Shown here: in pieces, positions 40,287 through 54,205 of the stretch
How the letters are laid out: the number at the start of each line of letters is the position of its first letter
Position numbering within the stretch: the first letter of the stretch is position 1
Assembly (NCBI RefSeq): GCF_006345805.1
Contig: NC_043006.1
Span: 79,484,001 to 79,548,000 of the forward strand
Reading direction: 5' to 3'
Source of the DNA: Octopus sinensis
Lineage: Eukaryota
Length of the DNA stretch: 64,000 nucleotides
Made by a program: the position numbers and the translations under genes
The notes under the pieces: generated by a model
Told to the model about the DNA's origin: nothing
Databases searched by the model: none
Seen by the model: only the letters and a program-made list of their open reading frames with translations

Positions 40287-40869
40287 GATATTGCATATGT
40301 AGAGAAATATTGTCTAATTTTTGAAGAATTCTCATAACTTTGTCTTGATGAAGAGGCAATGCTTATGTATTTTGCAGAACCCTGACACAAGTGAGATTAA
40401 TACTGTGAACATATCACACCGGCATGGCTGTGTGGTTAAGAAACTTTCTTTGCAATCACATGGTTTGGGGTTCATTCCTTGTGTGCAGCATTTTGGGCAA
40501 GTGTCTTCTACTATATAGCCTTGGGTTGAGTGATGCCTTGTGAGTGAATCTGGTCAATGGAAACTGTGGAAGCCCATCATATATATTTGCACATGCATGT
40601 GTGTGTGTCTCCTTTCTTAGCAACCAGTGTTGGTTTGTTTATGTCTCCGTAACTTAGTAGTTTGACAAAAGAGTCCAACAAAATAAGTACCAGACTTTAA
40701 AAATAAATAAGTACCGGAGTTGATTTGTTTGACTAAGCCATTCAAAGTAGTGCCCCAGCATGGCCATAGTCAAGTGACTGAAACACGATGAGATTAAAAG
40801 ATTAACAAAGAAAAACATGAAAAGAGAGGGATTTCTAGAAGATTGAGGCATTGAGGCAGAAGGATTGGG

Positions 40870-41110
40870 TGTAGTGGTAAGTGAGAGGCATGGGGCTATG
40901 GGGCTGGAGCTAACGTGAGTGATGAGAGGTGGAGAGGCAAGTGAGTTGGTGGAGGTACTGGACCAGTCAGTTCTGAAGAGCAGAGGCCATTATAGTAGTG
41001 GTAGAACAGACAGAGTAAGGAGACACACCTCATTAGTGAGCCAGAGGCTGGAGTATTTCTACGAGTGACTTTGTGTCAGTCAAACGCCATTTCACTAAAT
41101 GTGGTTTAGG
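40870..41110 (-). mobile_element. Jockey/CR1-group LINE C-terminal fragment
   Basis: LQPLAH...SLLCLFYHYYNGLCSSEL...VPPP motif. Confidence 0.6.
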
Positions 41111-42793
41111 ACATGGGTGTATGTGAGCGTGTATGCCTCGTTCTGCCTCTCAAACACACAGAGTTGGATAGTCATGAGGATACCTCTGTGCAATCTTTTC
41201 ACGTGCTAGAAACAGCAGCAAAAATCTCCTACACCACATTAAGAGAGGAAGACACACTGGATAAATCCTAAATACATTATGTCTAAAATACAAAGAGTGG
41301 ATGGTCACAAATGGAATACCTATTTCTTTACTACCCACAAGGGGCTAAACACAGAGGGGACAAACAAATGGATTAAGTCGATTATATCGACCCCAGTGCG
41401 TAACTGGTATTTATTTAATCGACCCCGAAAGGATGAAAGGCAAAGTCGACCTCAGCGGAATTTGAACTCAGAACGTAACGGCAGGCGAAATACAGCTACG
41501 CATTTCGCCCGGCATGCTAACGTTTCTACCAGCTCGCCGCCTTTGAATAACTGGAATACTGTTGATCAATATGCTTGGTCAGGGTTGACCAGGGGCTGAA
41601 CAACAACCACCATGACGCCCCCACCTTTGAATACACGAAATAACATCATTACACCACATACACTCCACACCCAACTACACTATTACGTTGCAAAACCATT
41701 TTCGTTTCTCTGAGTTATCTCCCTTACCTTTATGCTAAACATCTTTCATTCATTCTGGAATTTTTTCTCCAAATTTGTAAGGATTTCTTCAGGTTATCAT
41801 CTTCATTTTGATTGTTGCCTTAAGCAAAATCTTTTTGCTTTGAGCCAGTGAGAAAGACGATGTGATTGCTCAATCTGCTAGAAACAGCAGCTAAATCGTC
41901 TTTAAACCATCCTTACCGTCATTAGGGAAAAACGAAAAAGAACGTGACACCATGGGCAAGTGTCTTCTATAATAGCCACAAACTGACCAAAGCTTTGTGA
42001 GTGGATTTAGTAGATGGAAACTGAAAGAAGCCTGGCATGTATTATATATATATATATATATACATGTATACATACACGCGCGCGCACGTGTCTATGTTCG
42101 TCCCCCACTACTGCACTTGACAACCGATGTTGGTTTGTTTACGTCCCCAAAACTTAACGGTTTGACAAAACTAACCAATAGAATAAGTACCAAGTTTTTT
42201 TTTTAAATAATTACTGGGGTCGATTTGTCCAACAAAAACGCTTCAAGGCGGTGCTCCAGAACGGCCACAGTCAAATGACTGAAACATGTAAAAGGTATAA
42301 AAGATTTTGGATGTGGTCTTGGATTCTTGGCACACAGGAAAAGACAGAATGGTCATGGCTGGAATATTTTTGATCAAAGGTTTGCTCATTCAGGACTGAT
42401 CTCAGATTAAGTCTTGTGTGTTACGATATTTTTGCTGAAATACGTTGCAGTTACTTTCGAAAATAATGAAATATTTAGTAAGAAGGTCATTTTGCAACCA
42501 CAGAGCTTCAAGTTGTCCCATCGCGTGGGACTTAGAGTACAGGTTTTGGTAAATGGGAACTGTATGGAAGAGGAGTAGCTGTGTGGTAAGTCGCTGCAGC
42601 TACTTCACCCTTTTATGTTTGTTCTTGTTCGTCTCCTCTTTGTAATGCCTTCATGGCAAATATTCATGAAATAAAGTAGCTTGCTTACCAGCCACATGCG
42701 TGGCACCTTGGGCAAGTGTCTTCTACTATAGCCTCGGGCTGACCAAAGCCTTGTGAGTGGATTTGGTAGACGGAAACTGAAAGAAGCCTGTCG

Positions 42794-42836
<43 letters not shown>

Positions 42837-44129
42837 ATTTGTGTCTGTGTTTGTCCCCCACAACATCACTTGACAACCGATGTTGGTATGTTTACGTCCC
42901 CGTAACTTAGCAGTTCGGCAAAAAAGACCGATAGAATAAGTACCAGGCTTACATAGAATAAGTCCTGGGGTCGATTTGCTCGACTAAAAAGCGGTGCTCC
43001 AGCATGGCCGCAGTCAAATGACTGAAACAAGTAAAAGAGTAAAGAGTATATATACATAGAAGCCAAGGTAAAGAATGCGTACACCCTGTGCTTAGGGTTT
43101 ATGGCTTGGGTTATTGTTACGCCGAAAATGGGTGGCGTGCGTATTCTTTACCTCCGCCTACATAAATACATATCGATTGGGTCGGAGTCTATGTGTCAGC
43201 ACCCACACCGCTTGTCCATCGGTATTGGTTTGCTTAAAGGCGTCGTGCTGGTAGAATCATTAGCACGTCGGGCGCAATGCTTAGCGGTATTTCGTCTGCC
43301 GTTAGGTTCTGAGTTCAAATTCCGCCAAGGTCGACTTTGCCTTTCATCCGCACTGGGGTCAATATAATCGACTTAATCCCTTTGTGTGTCCTCTCTGTGT
43401 TTAGCCCCTTGTGGGTAGTAAAGAAATAGGTATTGGTTTGCTTACGTTCGTGTAACTTCCTAAGTATTGGGGGGGAGATTTGATCGACCAAAACGCATGT
43501 GCCCAAGCATGACAACAGTCCAGTTTTGAGGTAGGTATTAAGAGTTTAACAATATCCTCGCACTTTTTGTCCAGTTACCTCCCTTACCTCTAGGCATTCC
43601 CCCACTACCACCTCTGTTCATCACTTCTAATTCAGCGCAAGAAGAAAACATCTTTTTTCGAAGAAGGATTCTGCTTGTAACAATGATAGTCTTTTTACTT
43701 TCTTCTTTCTCTCTCATCTTTATCTTTTACTAGTTTCACTCATATGATTAAAAGGATGATGATGATGCTATATATATTTCTTTACTGCCCACAACGGGCT
43801 AAACATAGAGTGGACAAACAAGGACAGGCAAAGGGATTAAGTCGATTACATCGATCCCATTTCGAAACTGGTACTTTATTTATCGACCCCGAAAGGATGA
43901 AAGACAAAGTCGACCTCGGTGGAATTTGAACTCAGAACGTAACCACAGACGAGGTATCGCTAAGCATTTCGCCCGGCGCGCTAACGTTTCTGCCAGATCG
44001 CCGCCTTTGATGATGCTATATATTTTACTCTTTTACACGTTACAATCATTTGACTGCGGCCACGCTGGAGCACCACCTTTAGTCGAAGAAATTGACCTCA
44101 GGACTTATTCTTTGTAAGCATAGTACTTA

Positions 44130-44710
44130 CGATGGGAGGGTTTTGTTATTTGGGTGACAGACTGGATGTAAGTGGTGGATGTGAAGCAGCTGTGACAGCA
44201 AGAGTGAGACTTGGATGGGTGAAGTTCAGGGAATGTGGAGCGTTGTTATATGGGAAAAGGTTCTCATTAAAGATGAAAGAAAGGGTCTATAAGAGTTGAG
44301 TGAGAGCTGTAATGCTGTATGGAAGTGAGACATGGCATCTGAGGGAGGGAGAGAGAGATGGTAATTTTAAGGAGTGAGAGAGCAATGGTGAGAGAAATGT
44401 GTGGGGTGAAGCTTGTTTGATGAGAGAAGGACTGAGGATTTGTTGGAAATACTGGGGTTGGAGGAATTGGTGGCAAGGGCAAATAGACTGAGGTGGTATG
44501 GGCATGCATTGAGGAGGAATGAAGGGCTTGTCTGGAGGAGGGTGATTGCGCTTGAAGTAAATGGAGCGCGAAAGCGAGGTTGACCAAAACCAGGCAAGAT
44601 GGTGAGATGGTGTGAGGGCAGTTGCTATGGCATTGAGGTAGATCCAGCTACTCCCGTTAACAGGGACAAAACCTGGATTTAAAACGCTGGATGATGATGA
44701 TGATGATGAA
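44130..44710 (+). mobile_element. RTE LINE 3' portion with (GAT)n tail
   Basis: Hand translation gives FCYLGD...VTARVRLGWVKFRE...VMLYGSETW...MCGVKL...RLRWYGHALRR...RKRG, with stops. Confidence 0.85.
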
Positions 44711-44869
44711 TAAATAGTTTATCCTTACCTAATACAAGCCAAAGTTAACAAATTCACCATTCAAAATAGTTTCGATGGCAGAGGTAATAATAATAAGTTC
44801 TACTCAGGATTTTATTTGTTTATCCATCAGTTACTAGTAAGATAGAAATGCGAGTAAAATTAATAATAT

Positions 44870-45155
44870 AGAAACGAAAATAAAACTTTGGAAACAGCCT
44901 AAAGGGAGATAATTGAGAAAGACTTGAAAGTCAACGTAAGATCGTAATCGTGTAAAGTAAATATAACAAATAATCCAGAATCCTTGTCTGATACTGGATT
45001 GACTCCAAAATCTAATCAGTTTGTGCCAGTCACAAGGCCAAACATTCCTGAAAGTTGCATCCGAATCCATCCAGCGGTTCTTGAGATATCTTGTCCACGG
45101 ACAAACAAACACAACTGAAAACAATACCTCTGCCTTTGCTAAGGCAGAGAGAATA
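44870..45155 (-). mobile_element. Helentron-associated (HINE-like) element
   Basis: Terminal hairpin acctctgcctttgctaaggcagag and body gatccggat/ccagcggttcttgagata...acaaacaaac; a second ggcagaggtaataa end lies near 44777. Confidence 0.5.
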
Positions 45156-45239
45156 AAAGAATATTGTTTCGAATTAATCATGCATTATCCCTTAGCTTTG
45201 AGATTTCAATAATGTGGTTATTTTCAAAATGACATTACA

Positions 45240-46050
45240 GGGCAGGTGTGAGAGGCTGGATCTGGCTAATTTGAACATAAAACAATGAACTTGTAGTGCT
45301 CCAGCCACTTTGCAAAGGCCCCAGACAGAAGCCCTCCAAAGTGAAGGTGTTCAGGCCCCTTGTCACAGCCTCTTTCACCTTGGGGAAACAATCAAAAGCC
45401 ACAGGGAGCAAGTTCTGGACAATTTTGATGCCCATCTCTGTCAAGTAGTATGTTACCAGGATAGAATTGTGGAGTGGTGTATTGTCCTGATGAAAGTGCT
45501 CTGGACTTTTGTAACTAAATCTCGCCCTGAACAGCCTCAAAAACTCCACAATGTACTCTTTGTTGACTGTCTGGCCAGATGAATCCAATGAATGTAGATG
45601 ATGTCTTTGCTGTCAGAAAAGAGGATCATCAAAAAGGCGGTGAGCTGGCAGAAATGTTAGCACACCGGATGAAATGCTTAGCAGTATTTCGTCTGCCTTT
45701 ACGTTCTGAGTTCAAATTCTGCCACGGTCGACTTTGCCGTTCATCTTTTCGGGGTCGGTTAAATAAGTACCAGTTACGCACTGGGGTTGATATAATTGAC
45801 TTAATCCGCTTGTCTGTCCCCTCTATGTTTAGCCCCTTGTGGGTAATAAAGAAATAAGAAAAGAGGATCATCATGTGCTTCCCGGTGGACATGCTTTGTT
45901 AATCCATAAACAGTCTGGAGCATTCCATAAACTTCTAACATTTTTGCCCACTTTAACAGAAAACTTCATTGCATAGCAAGCTTCTAAATTATCTTCACAT
46001 CACAACTGTATTCTGCAAACTTAGCTGTGACATGCAGTGTTTAGTGGATT
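45240..46050 (-). mobile_element. Highly degraded mariner relic interrupted by a SINE
   Basis: HFHQDNTPLHNSILVTYYLTEMGIK motif in ORF 45235-45588; the SINE at 45632-45856 splits it. Confidence 0.6.
45632..45856 (+). mobile_element. tRNA-derived SINE family B (central gcctttcatcctttcggggtcgataaa..agtaccag domain); representative of more than 20 copies
   Basis: 17-bp target-site duplication AGAAAAGAGGATCATCA. Other copies include 41320-41542(-), 43235-43430(+), 43780-44005(-), 56986-57226(-), three tandem copies at 47520-48160, and 15380-19170. Confidence 0.85.
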
Positions 46051-46133
46051 CAAAGTATTGTTACAGCAGTCTCTTTCAATCTGGACTAAAATAAGTTGGC
46101 AGGTCAGCTTGCTAGATGTACATCATCATTTAA

Positions 46134-46394
46134 CCCTTTTGTTACCAACCCAGCTGAAACCAGCTCTGGCTCTGAGTGCAAATGTCTTGTTTTCATAAGT
46201 TTTGAATTAAAATCTTCCACCAAACCTTAGTCACAATTTATTCTCCTAACACTAGCTGAATGGTAACTTAGTCACAATTTATGTTCCTAACGCTAGTTTA
46301 ATGATAACTAAGTTGTTTTATTAAATTCTTTGTTATATTTAAAGTATCTGAAAGAAATGCAGAGCATCTCAAGATAAATACAGTAACGAAAGGG
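46134..46394. mobile_element. piggyBac-like MITE; related copies ~26226-26430, 29686-29905, 58074-58294; second family 47205-47425
   Basis: TTAA|CCCTTT...AAAGGG|TTAA termini. Confidence 0.75.
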
Positions 46395-46514
46395 TTAATG
46401 CCCATTTTCCATACTAGCATAGGTTGAACAGTTTGACAGGAACTGACAAGTAAGATAGCTGTACTTAGATCCAATTGTCTGCATTGGCAAGGCTTCTACA
46501 GCTCGATGCCTTTC

Positions 46515-46792
46515 CTAACAGCGTCGGCTGCGGGGTCATTCCGAAAAGCTCTATCTGCGACGATTTCATCTCAATCGAAGGAGAGGGGCTTTCTCCGTCC
46601 GGGTTGCAGATCCGTGGAATAAGCTGCCAGACGAGATGGTGAAGATGCCGACGACCGCTCGGTTCAAAGTCTCCCTTGACCTCAAGTGGCCTGAACTCTT
46701 TACATGAACACCACCCTGTACATAACTCCATGTCCCCCTACATGGCCTTGCTTTTTGCTTTTTGAGCCAAAAAATTAACTAACTAACTAACA
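46515..46792 (+). mobile_element. CR1/L2-like LINE 3' end with 3' UTR and (TAAC)n tail
   Basis: LRGHSEKL...RRGAFSVRVADPWNKLPDEMV...FKVSLD*, then a short UTR and aactaactaactaac. Confidence 0.85.
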
Positions 46793-48377
46793 TTAGATGC
46801 TTATTATGTGGCACTAGCATGCATTGTGTATACTTGTGTAGACATCATGTGGTGGTTGTAAGCGATCATCATCATCATCATACGAGAAAGGTTGATCATT
46901 TCCAGTTTCCCATGAAAAATACATCTGGTTATGGGAAAATATTTACCACGCTTGGAAAGAGGTGAAGGTTGGCAACAGGAAGGGCATCTGGCTGTAGAAA
47001 ATTTTGCCTCCACAAATTCCATTGACCCATGCAAACATGAAAAAGTAGGCATTAAATGATGATAATGTTGCCATTGTGGCAAAAAAAAAACGTTTCTAGT
47101 TTCATAAATGACAAGAGTGGTGGTGTGTTGAAAGTTTTCTGGAGAACATATTTTGTGATGGGATTATGTATACTGAACATGGCAAGAGGAAGACTCATCT
47201 TTAACCCTTTAGTGTTCGCATTATTCTACCAAAGTTAATGCTTTTTCATCCACATTGTTTTGAACTAATCATGCATTATCTTGTAGCTTTGAGATTTTGA
47301 TGAGGTAGCTGTTAATTTTTAAAACGATATTGTAGGGTTGGTGTGAGAGACCAGATCTGGCCATTTTGAACATAAAACAGGCAGAATACTTTTGGCCAGA
47401 TATGGCCGGTTTAAATGCTAAAGGGTTAAGGATGTCATTATACTGTGTTTCTGGATGTTAACCACCACCACTGCCATTTAATGTCCACCTTCCATGCTAG
47501 CATGGGTGGGATTTATCTAAGGGCAAACAGGCTGGCAGAATCATTAGCACACTGGACAAAACGTTTAGCAGCATTTTGTCCATTTTTTCATTCTGATTTC
47601 AAATGCTGCTGAGGTCAACTCAGCCTTTCGTCCTTTCAGGGTTAATGAAATGAGTACCAGTTGAAGACTGGAGTCAATGTAATCGGCTCCCCCCCCCCCC
47701 CCACTTCCTGAAAATGCTGGCTTTGTGTCAAAATTTGAAAACAATATTAACATTTTTATCTTAAGGCAGCAAGCTGGCAGAATCGTTAGCATGCAGGGAA
47801 AATTGCTTAGCAGCATTTTATCCATCTTTAGGGTTCTGGGTTCAAATTCCACCAAGGTTGACTTTGCTTTTCATCCTTTCGGGGTCAATAAAATGAGTGC
47901 CAGTTGAGTCCTGGGGTCCCAAAAATTGAAATCAATATTAACTTTTATCATAAGGTGGGTGAGCAGGCAGAATTTTTAGCATGCTGGGGAAAATGCTCAG
48001 TGGCATTTCATTTGGTCTTTACATTCTGGGTTCAAATACTGCTGGGGTCAACTTTGCCTGACATCCTTTCGAGAGTCAATAAAATAAGTATTGGGGTTGA
48101 TTTAATCAACTTAGCCTCTCTCCTGCAAAACTGCTGGCCTTGTGCCAAAATTTGAAACCAATATAAAGTCTTTATCTCCATGTCTTGACAAGCCATTTGA
48201 GAATTCTTCGCATTGGATGCTGGGGTGGTACAAAAACAGATAAGAACAAAAAACAGCAAAAAAAGAGGAAAAAAAAAAGAGTCATATATATATATGTGTG
48301 TATATATATATTTTTTAAATTACATAGAATATAAAGAGAATTCAAATCTTAGATGGTTCGGAACAAGTTAGAGTTAA

Positions 48378-48432
48378 GAAAAATAAAATAAATAAAATAC
48401 TTTATATCTTGAGAATAGTTTTCTTGTTTATT
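48378..48432 (-). terminator. IPO5: Probable IPO5 polyadenylation signal with downstream U-rich element
   Basis: First canonical AATAAA after the stop is at 48432-48427 (minus). It is followed about 30-50 nt later by a U-rich tract (plus strand aaaaataaaataaataaaatac). Implied 3' UTR about 570 nt. Confidence 0.5.
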
Positions 48433-48991
48433 GTTTTGAATGAGCCAAGCTTATTAAGTTTTTCTTGCTTTTTTTTCTTTTCATATCAATATTGCATTCT
48501 GTTTTTGTTATTGTTGTTGCTCAAATAAAGCCCACAAAATTGTTAATGCATAAGGAGGGGGTTGGTGGAAAAAAAAAAAAAACAACTGAAATAGGTAGGG
48601 CTTTCAATCAGTAGAAACCGAAAGAATAAAACATTGAGAGAGGAGAAAGGTATATATAGAGAGAAGGTGTATGCATAAGGTGTGTATATTTGGGTAGAGG
48701 ACTAAATTGTGATTTCAGCCTCAATGGTTATTCCAGTATAATATATATATATGTATATATATTATATATATTCATGTACATATATATGTATGTGGCTATA
48801 TATATGTGTGCGTGTGTACATTTACACACATATAAATATATATAAATATATATATGTATATATACATCTATATGAATGCATATATGTGTGTGTATATATT
48901 AAATTTAATATATGCAGAAAGACAGGGGGGATTAAGAGGTAAGAGGAAGTGTCACGCTGGAATTGTGAGCTTTGCCTGCAATCTTTTCTTG

Positions 48992-49090
48992 TTAGTTATT
49001 CATGGGTGGAGCGGCAAGCACAGCTGATAAAGTGTTTCTTTGGTTGTCAGATAACTGCGAGATGCATGCATTAAATAAGTCCGCATTTGT
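48992..49090 (-). CDS. IPO5: Importin-5 terminal coding exon (TNADLFNACISQLSDNQRNTLSAVLAAPPMNN*); absent from the ORF track
   Basis: Strong acceptor tttctttttcag (AG at 49091-92); phase 0; 32 codons plus TAA at 48992-94. Aligns by eye with the importin-5 C-terminus [25 protein letters not shown]. Confidence 0.88.
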   Translation of the reverse strand, partial: TNADLFNACISQLSDNQRNTLSAVLAAPPMNN

Positions 49091-49998
49091 CTGAAAAAGA
49101 AACACAGAGAAAATATATATGTTTGTATGTATGTATGTATTTATTATATGTAAAATCATATCAAATTATTACCTCATTTATAAAAAAAATAATCACAGGG
49201 ATATAAGAGTGAGTGGTGAATGTGGAAGCAGTAACGGAGATAAGTTTAGGTGTACTGCCACCCAACTTTCATTCATTCATTTTTACTTCTAGCATGGATT
49301 GGACAATACTTATCACTGAGGTATTACTGTACAGCTAGATCATCATCATCATCATTTAATGTTTGCTTGCCATACAGCATGGGTCAGGCAGATTGGCAAG
49401 ATTCAATGAGCCCGTATCAGATTTCACATGGTTTCTATAGCCTGTTGCCCTTCCTAACATCAACCCATTTTACAATGTGTACTGGGTGCCTTTTTTTACC
49501 CTGTGACCCCAGCATTAATGAAATCCCCTAGTAACTTGCAAGAGAAAGTAAAGAAAGGAAAAGGGAAAAGCCCCTCAACAGAACAGGAATGTATTAATGC
49601 TCTTCCTTTTTTCTAACCCAAACCTGATTTCGCAGTGAGAAATTATTATTCATTCCATGTCTTTGAAAGCACTAAGCTACAAGACAGATATTTAATAAGG
49701 TATGTCAACATAATGTCATAATTATTTTGCTCAATGCCTTCATGCAAGGACAAAGGAATGTAAGCATTGTAACTTAAGACACAAGCATATGTGACAGGCT
49801 TCACTAGAAGTGAAACAGAACTTGTGGAGTTAGAAAGTAAACTCAACATCCAGAGCTTTACCTGTGTCTATATTACAACCCTTTGCTATGGTATTTCTAG
49901 TGAGATATAATGTCTTTGTTTCAGTTAATTTTGAAAGTAATGAAAAATGTATTAAAGTAGCTTTGTCATTAAGTAAGCTGTTATTTAGAACATAAATT

Positions 49999-50401
49999 GG
50001 ATCTTTTCGGTTTGAACGGCAGTTTTTTCTAGCGGTGTCATATGAAATTGTCACCCATAATTATGACCCTAGTATTGATCTATTGCATTTCAATCTATTT
50101 TAGGGTTAGGGGTGGGGAGAAGGGTATCTTTTTTTCTTCACAAATGTAAATAAACCCAATCTGTTTCTAAAACAGAGGGACATATTCATACGGCACAGAA
50201 TTTTTTCACCTCAATAGATGTCATTGATTGGTTGAAATTGAAGATAAAAAAACAACAAATATCTTACAAACTATAGAATTTTCTCAATAAAGCCAAGAGA
50301 AAAAGATGTTTTATAAATACATTCTACCAGTATACGAAGTTTAAAATTTTTTAGTTACCTAGAAATTATGTTAAAAACTACCGTTCAAACTGAATAGATC
50401 C
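49999..50401. mobile_element. Merlin-like MITE carrying TTAGGG repeats (copy 3, last IPO5 intron)
   Basis: Same TIRs; 8-bp target-site duplication CATAAATT. Confidence 0.8.
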
Positions 50402-50762
50402 CATAAATTAGCATGAAATTTTAATGAACGGTTCTAAATTAGACCATGTTAACCCATTAGCATTTAAACCAGCTATATCTGCTCTGGCCTCTCACATCTA
50501 CCTTACAATGTTATTCTAAAAACAATCACATCGCTGAAATCTTGAAGCTATGAGATAATGCATAATTAATTCAAAACAATGTGAATACATTAGTATTACA
50601 TTGTCAGAATAATTCGAATGCTTAGAGGGTTGAAATAAGGAGTTTGTCTCAAAAACAAAACAAAAATAAAAACAGGTACAGACTTAGGCAGTTTATTATC
50701 AAAAGGGTTAATAAATGCAAAACAAAAACACACTAGTCAGTGACATCATGATGCCTCTACAC

Positions 50763-50793
<31 letters not shown>

Positions 50794-53700
50794 TTTGAGG
50801 TAAATCCGAGGCGTGGTTATTGCTAGTTGAAAATTATTATTATTATTATTATTAACAACTAGAATATGGACAGAAGGCTGATAATATTTAATACCTCTCT
50901 CTATCTATTTAGAGTTGCACAGAACAAACTATTCCTCAGCTTCAGTAGCAGCACTTATCTTTACTAACAAGGAAAATATGGATAACTGGGTGACCGCAGT
51001 TAACCGTCAGGAAAGGTTTAACAACATATATTTATAAACCACTGTTAGGTGTAGGCATGGCTAAGCAGTTAAGGTCTGTTCCATAGTGCACTATCTTGGG
51101 CAAATGTCTTCTACTATAGCCCTGGGCTGACTAAAGCCTTGTAAGTGGATTTAGTAGACAAGAAACTGAAAGAAACCTGTTGTGCATTTGTACATAGCTG
51201 TGTGTGTGAGTGCGCGCACACATACACGCTTACGTCTTGACACCACATAGTGGTTATAAACAAGTATCACCTTCCTAGAACTAATGCTTGTTTCCAGTCT
51301 TCTGTGAAACAAATACCAGCCATGGGAAAATATTACCTTGCTTGGAAACTAGTGAGAGCTGATGACAGGAAAGGCATCTGGCCATAAAAAGTCTACCACA
51401 ACAAAATCTGCTTCACCCATGTAAGCACAGAAAAGTGAACATTATGATGATGATGTAGTTGTTCACCTGCAGCTCAACACTGAGAATTCTTAATTTATGA
51501 TCAAGAGCATTTAGAATCCATTTCTGTGGCTGTTTAAAACACCATCTGCTTTTGTATGTTAACATGGACTTTCCATCTTTGTCTCTTGGCAGGCCATTTT
51601 GGAACTCCTTCACCTCAATGCTGGATTGGTACAAGAACGAGTGTGCTGTTGGCACGTAAAAAGCACCCACTACACTCTCGGAGTGGTTGGCGTCAGGAAG
51701 GGCATCCAGCTGTAGAAACACTGTCATATCAGACTGGAGCCTGGTGCAGCCTTCTGGCTTCCCAGATCCCCGGTCAAACCGTCCAACCCATGCTAGCACG
51801 GAAAACGGATGTTAAACGATGATGATGATGAATACCAAGCACTGGGGCTCCTGTGGTTTCTAATCTTAACTGATTGGAAGTGTTATCATGTACATTATTT
51901 GTCTTGGCATAGCAGATGAGCTACAGCAAACATTCTGCTCAATACCACAGATTTGCTAGTTAATTGCTAGACCCCTACCAGTTGAGCATGTCTCTTAGTG
52001 GCTGATGATATGTGCATCTCTGATCACATGCAGAAGTAGTGGGGAAGCATCATAGCCATGTGTTGAGAGGAATTCTTTGGGGTTTGAATAAGTCACCTCA
52101 GGAAACAAGTATTTTGTCCAACATACTTAAACCACCCTTATTCAGGGACCTTTTGAGCAGGATGGGCTACGCAATCTGTAGAAAATTTTAACTGGGCCCC
52201 CACCTGCAAGGTCATACACCGTTTATCTTGATATGAGATCACCAGGTCATGTACATATAGTTGTGATGCAAGTGCCTGGTGTACCCTTATCAGGCAGGTA
52301 GTCATGATGGGTACATTTGCCTTTTAATGGGTTCGTAGAACTACATTCATTGATGTTAAAACATTTGGTTGCTATTTCTAGTAAGCTGATCTAACGAGAT
52401 TATGTAGAGGCCCTCCACTTAATCATTCAGGCACGGTAGTGGTTGAATATATTCTTAAGTCCACCATTTCGCCAATTGCAGCAGTTTACAAGCTTCACCA
52501 CTAATTCAGTTCTCAACTGAATTGCAAACTGTTAATAGTTTTAAAGAGGATACCTCCTCAGCTACACTTTGGCATAAACAGGTTGAGATTTGGTTCAGTA
52601 GAAAAAAAGTTATATCAAGATGTCTGTGACCTGGGGGGAAGGGGGTAAGGCAGATATTTATCTTCAATTAACATAAATTTTAAAATTTTAAATGATAAGT
52701 ATACTTTTCTTAGGCTTAAATGATAGAAAAATGCATGAAGAATTCAGAATCGTTAGTCACATTGAACAAAAATTAGTACAAAAACGGGTATGAGGTAAAA
52801 TGCTACGAAATTTAATGTCAGGAAGGGAGTAATGCTTAAGCAATAAGAATAAAGAATATATTTCTAAAATGAATGTTTACATTCTAAGTTGGTGAGCTGG
52901 CAGAAATGTTAGCACACCAGGTGAAATGCTTAGTAGTATTTCGTCTGTCTTTAGGGGGTTTGTCTGTTGGTGCTGGTATCATGTAAAATGTACCAAGTAC
53001 ATTCTGTAAAGTGGTTGGCATTAGGCGGGGCATCTAACTGTAGAAACTATACTGAAACAGACAATGGAACCTAGTATGGCTCCTGGACTTGTCAGCCCCT
53101 GTAAAACTGTCCAACCAATGCCAGCATGGAAAACAGAGGTATGATGATGATCATCATCATCATTATTTAATGCCCATGTCCCATGCTGGCATGGGTTGGA
53201 TGGTCTGACAGGAACCGATGTACCAAGCTCCAATATTTGCTTTGGCATAGTTTTTTATGGCTGGATACCCTTCCTAATGCCTTCAAACAGAAAACCCAGA
53301 GGTATTTACTCTGCCACAAAGAGAATGAATGCATTCTCTATTACAAACAATGCCTCAAACACAGGGCAGGTTACGTTCTAGGAGAGTCTTGTTCATTTCC
53401 CTAGGTATGCATTAAATGTAAGTCGGTGGGAATCATCGTCGTTTAATGTCCGCTTTCCATGCTAGCATGGGTTAGACGGTTTGACTGTGGGCTGGCGAAC
53501 CAGATGGCTGCACCAGGCTCCAGTCTTGATCTGGTGGTACTGGCAACGACCTCGCTCGAAATTTTTACACTTGCCAACGGCACAGGTGCCAGCAAGGCGA
53601 TGCTGGTAGCGATCCCGCTCGAATGGTGCCTCCTACATGCCACCGGCACGGAAGCCAGTTAGCCGCTCTGGCAACGATCACACTCGGATGGTGCTCTTAG

Positions 53701-54205
53701 CACCCTACTAGCACGGTGGTGCCTCCTACATGCCACCGGCACGGAAGCCAGTTAGCTGCTCTGGCAACAATCACGCTTGGATGGTGCTCTTAGCACCCCT
53801 ACTAGCACGGGGCACAAGTGCCAGTAAGGCGAAGCTGGCAATGATCACACTCGAATGGTGCCCTTTATGTGCCACTAGCATGGAAGCCGGTTAGCCGCTC
53901 TGTCTACGATCATGTTCATATGGTGCTTGCGCCTGTCATCAAATTTCATTTTGATTTCACTTGCCTATAACTATAACCAAAAATCAAGAGTGAAATGTAA
54001 ATTTGATGGAAGCTTACCTCTACCATTTGTAGTACTCACTAACAAAATCTAGAGGTTTTCCTAAGTACCCACATGTGTATATGAAAATGTTTAAACCTAC
54101 CCACTAATGGTGAACTAATTAGACATAGCTGAGAGACAGACAAGACAGAAAAAGAGTCATATTGACAGCAGGAGATAGCAAATAAAACAAAAGACAAATT
54201 TTTAC

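Noticed and set aside
49646-50054. Candidate IPO5 last exon from the ORF track
   Set aside because: No importin similarity; the true terminal exon is 49090-48992.
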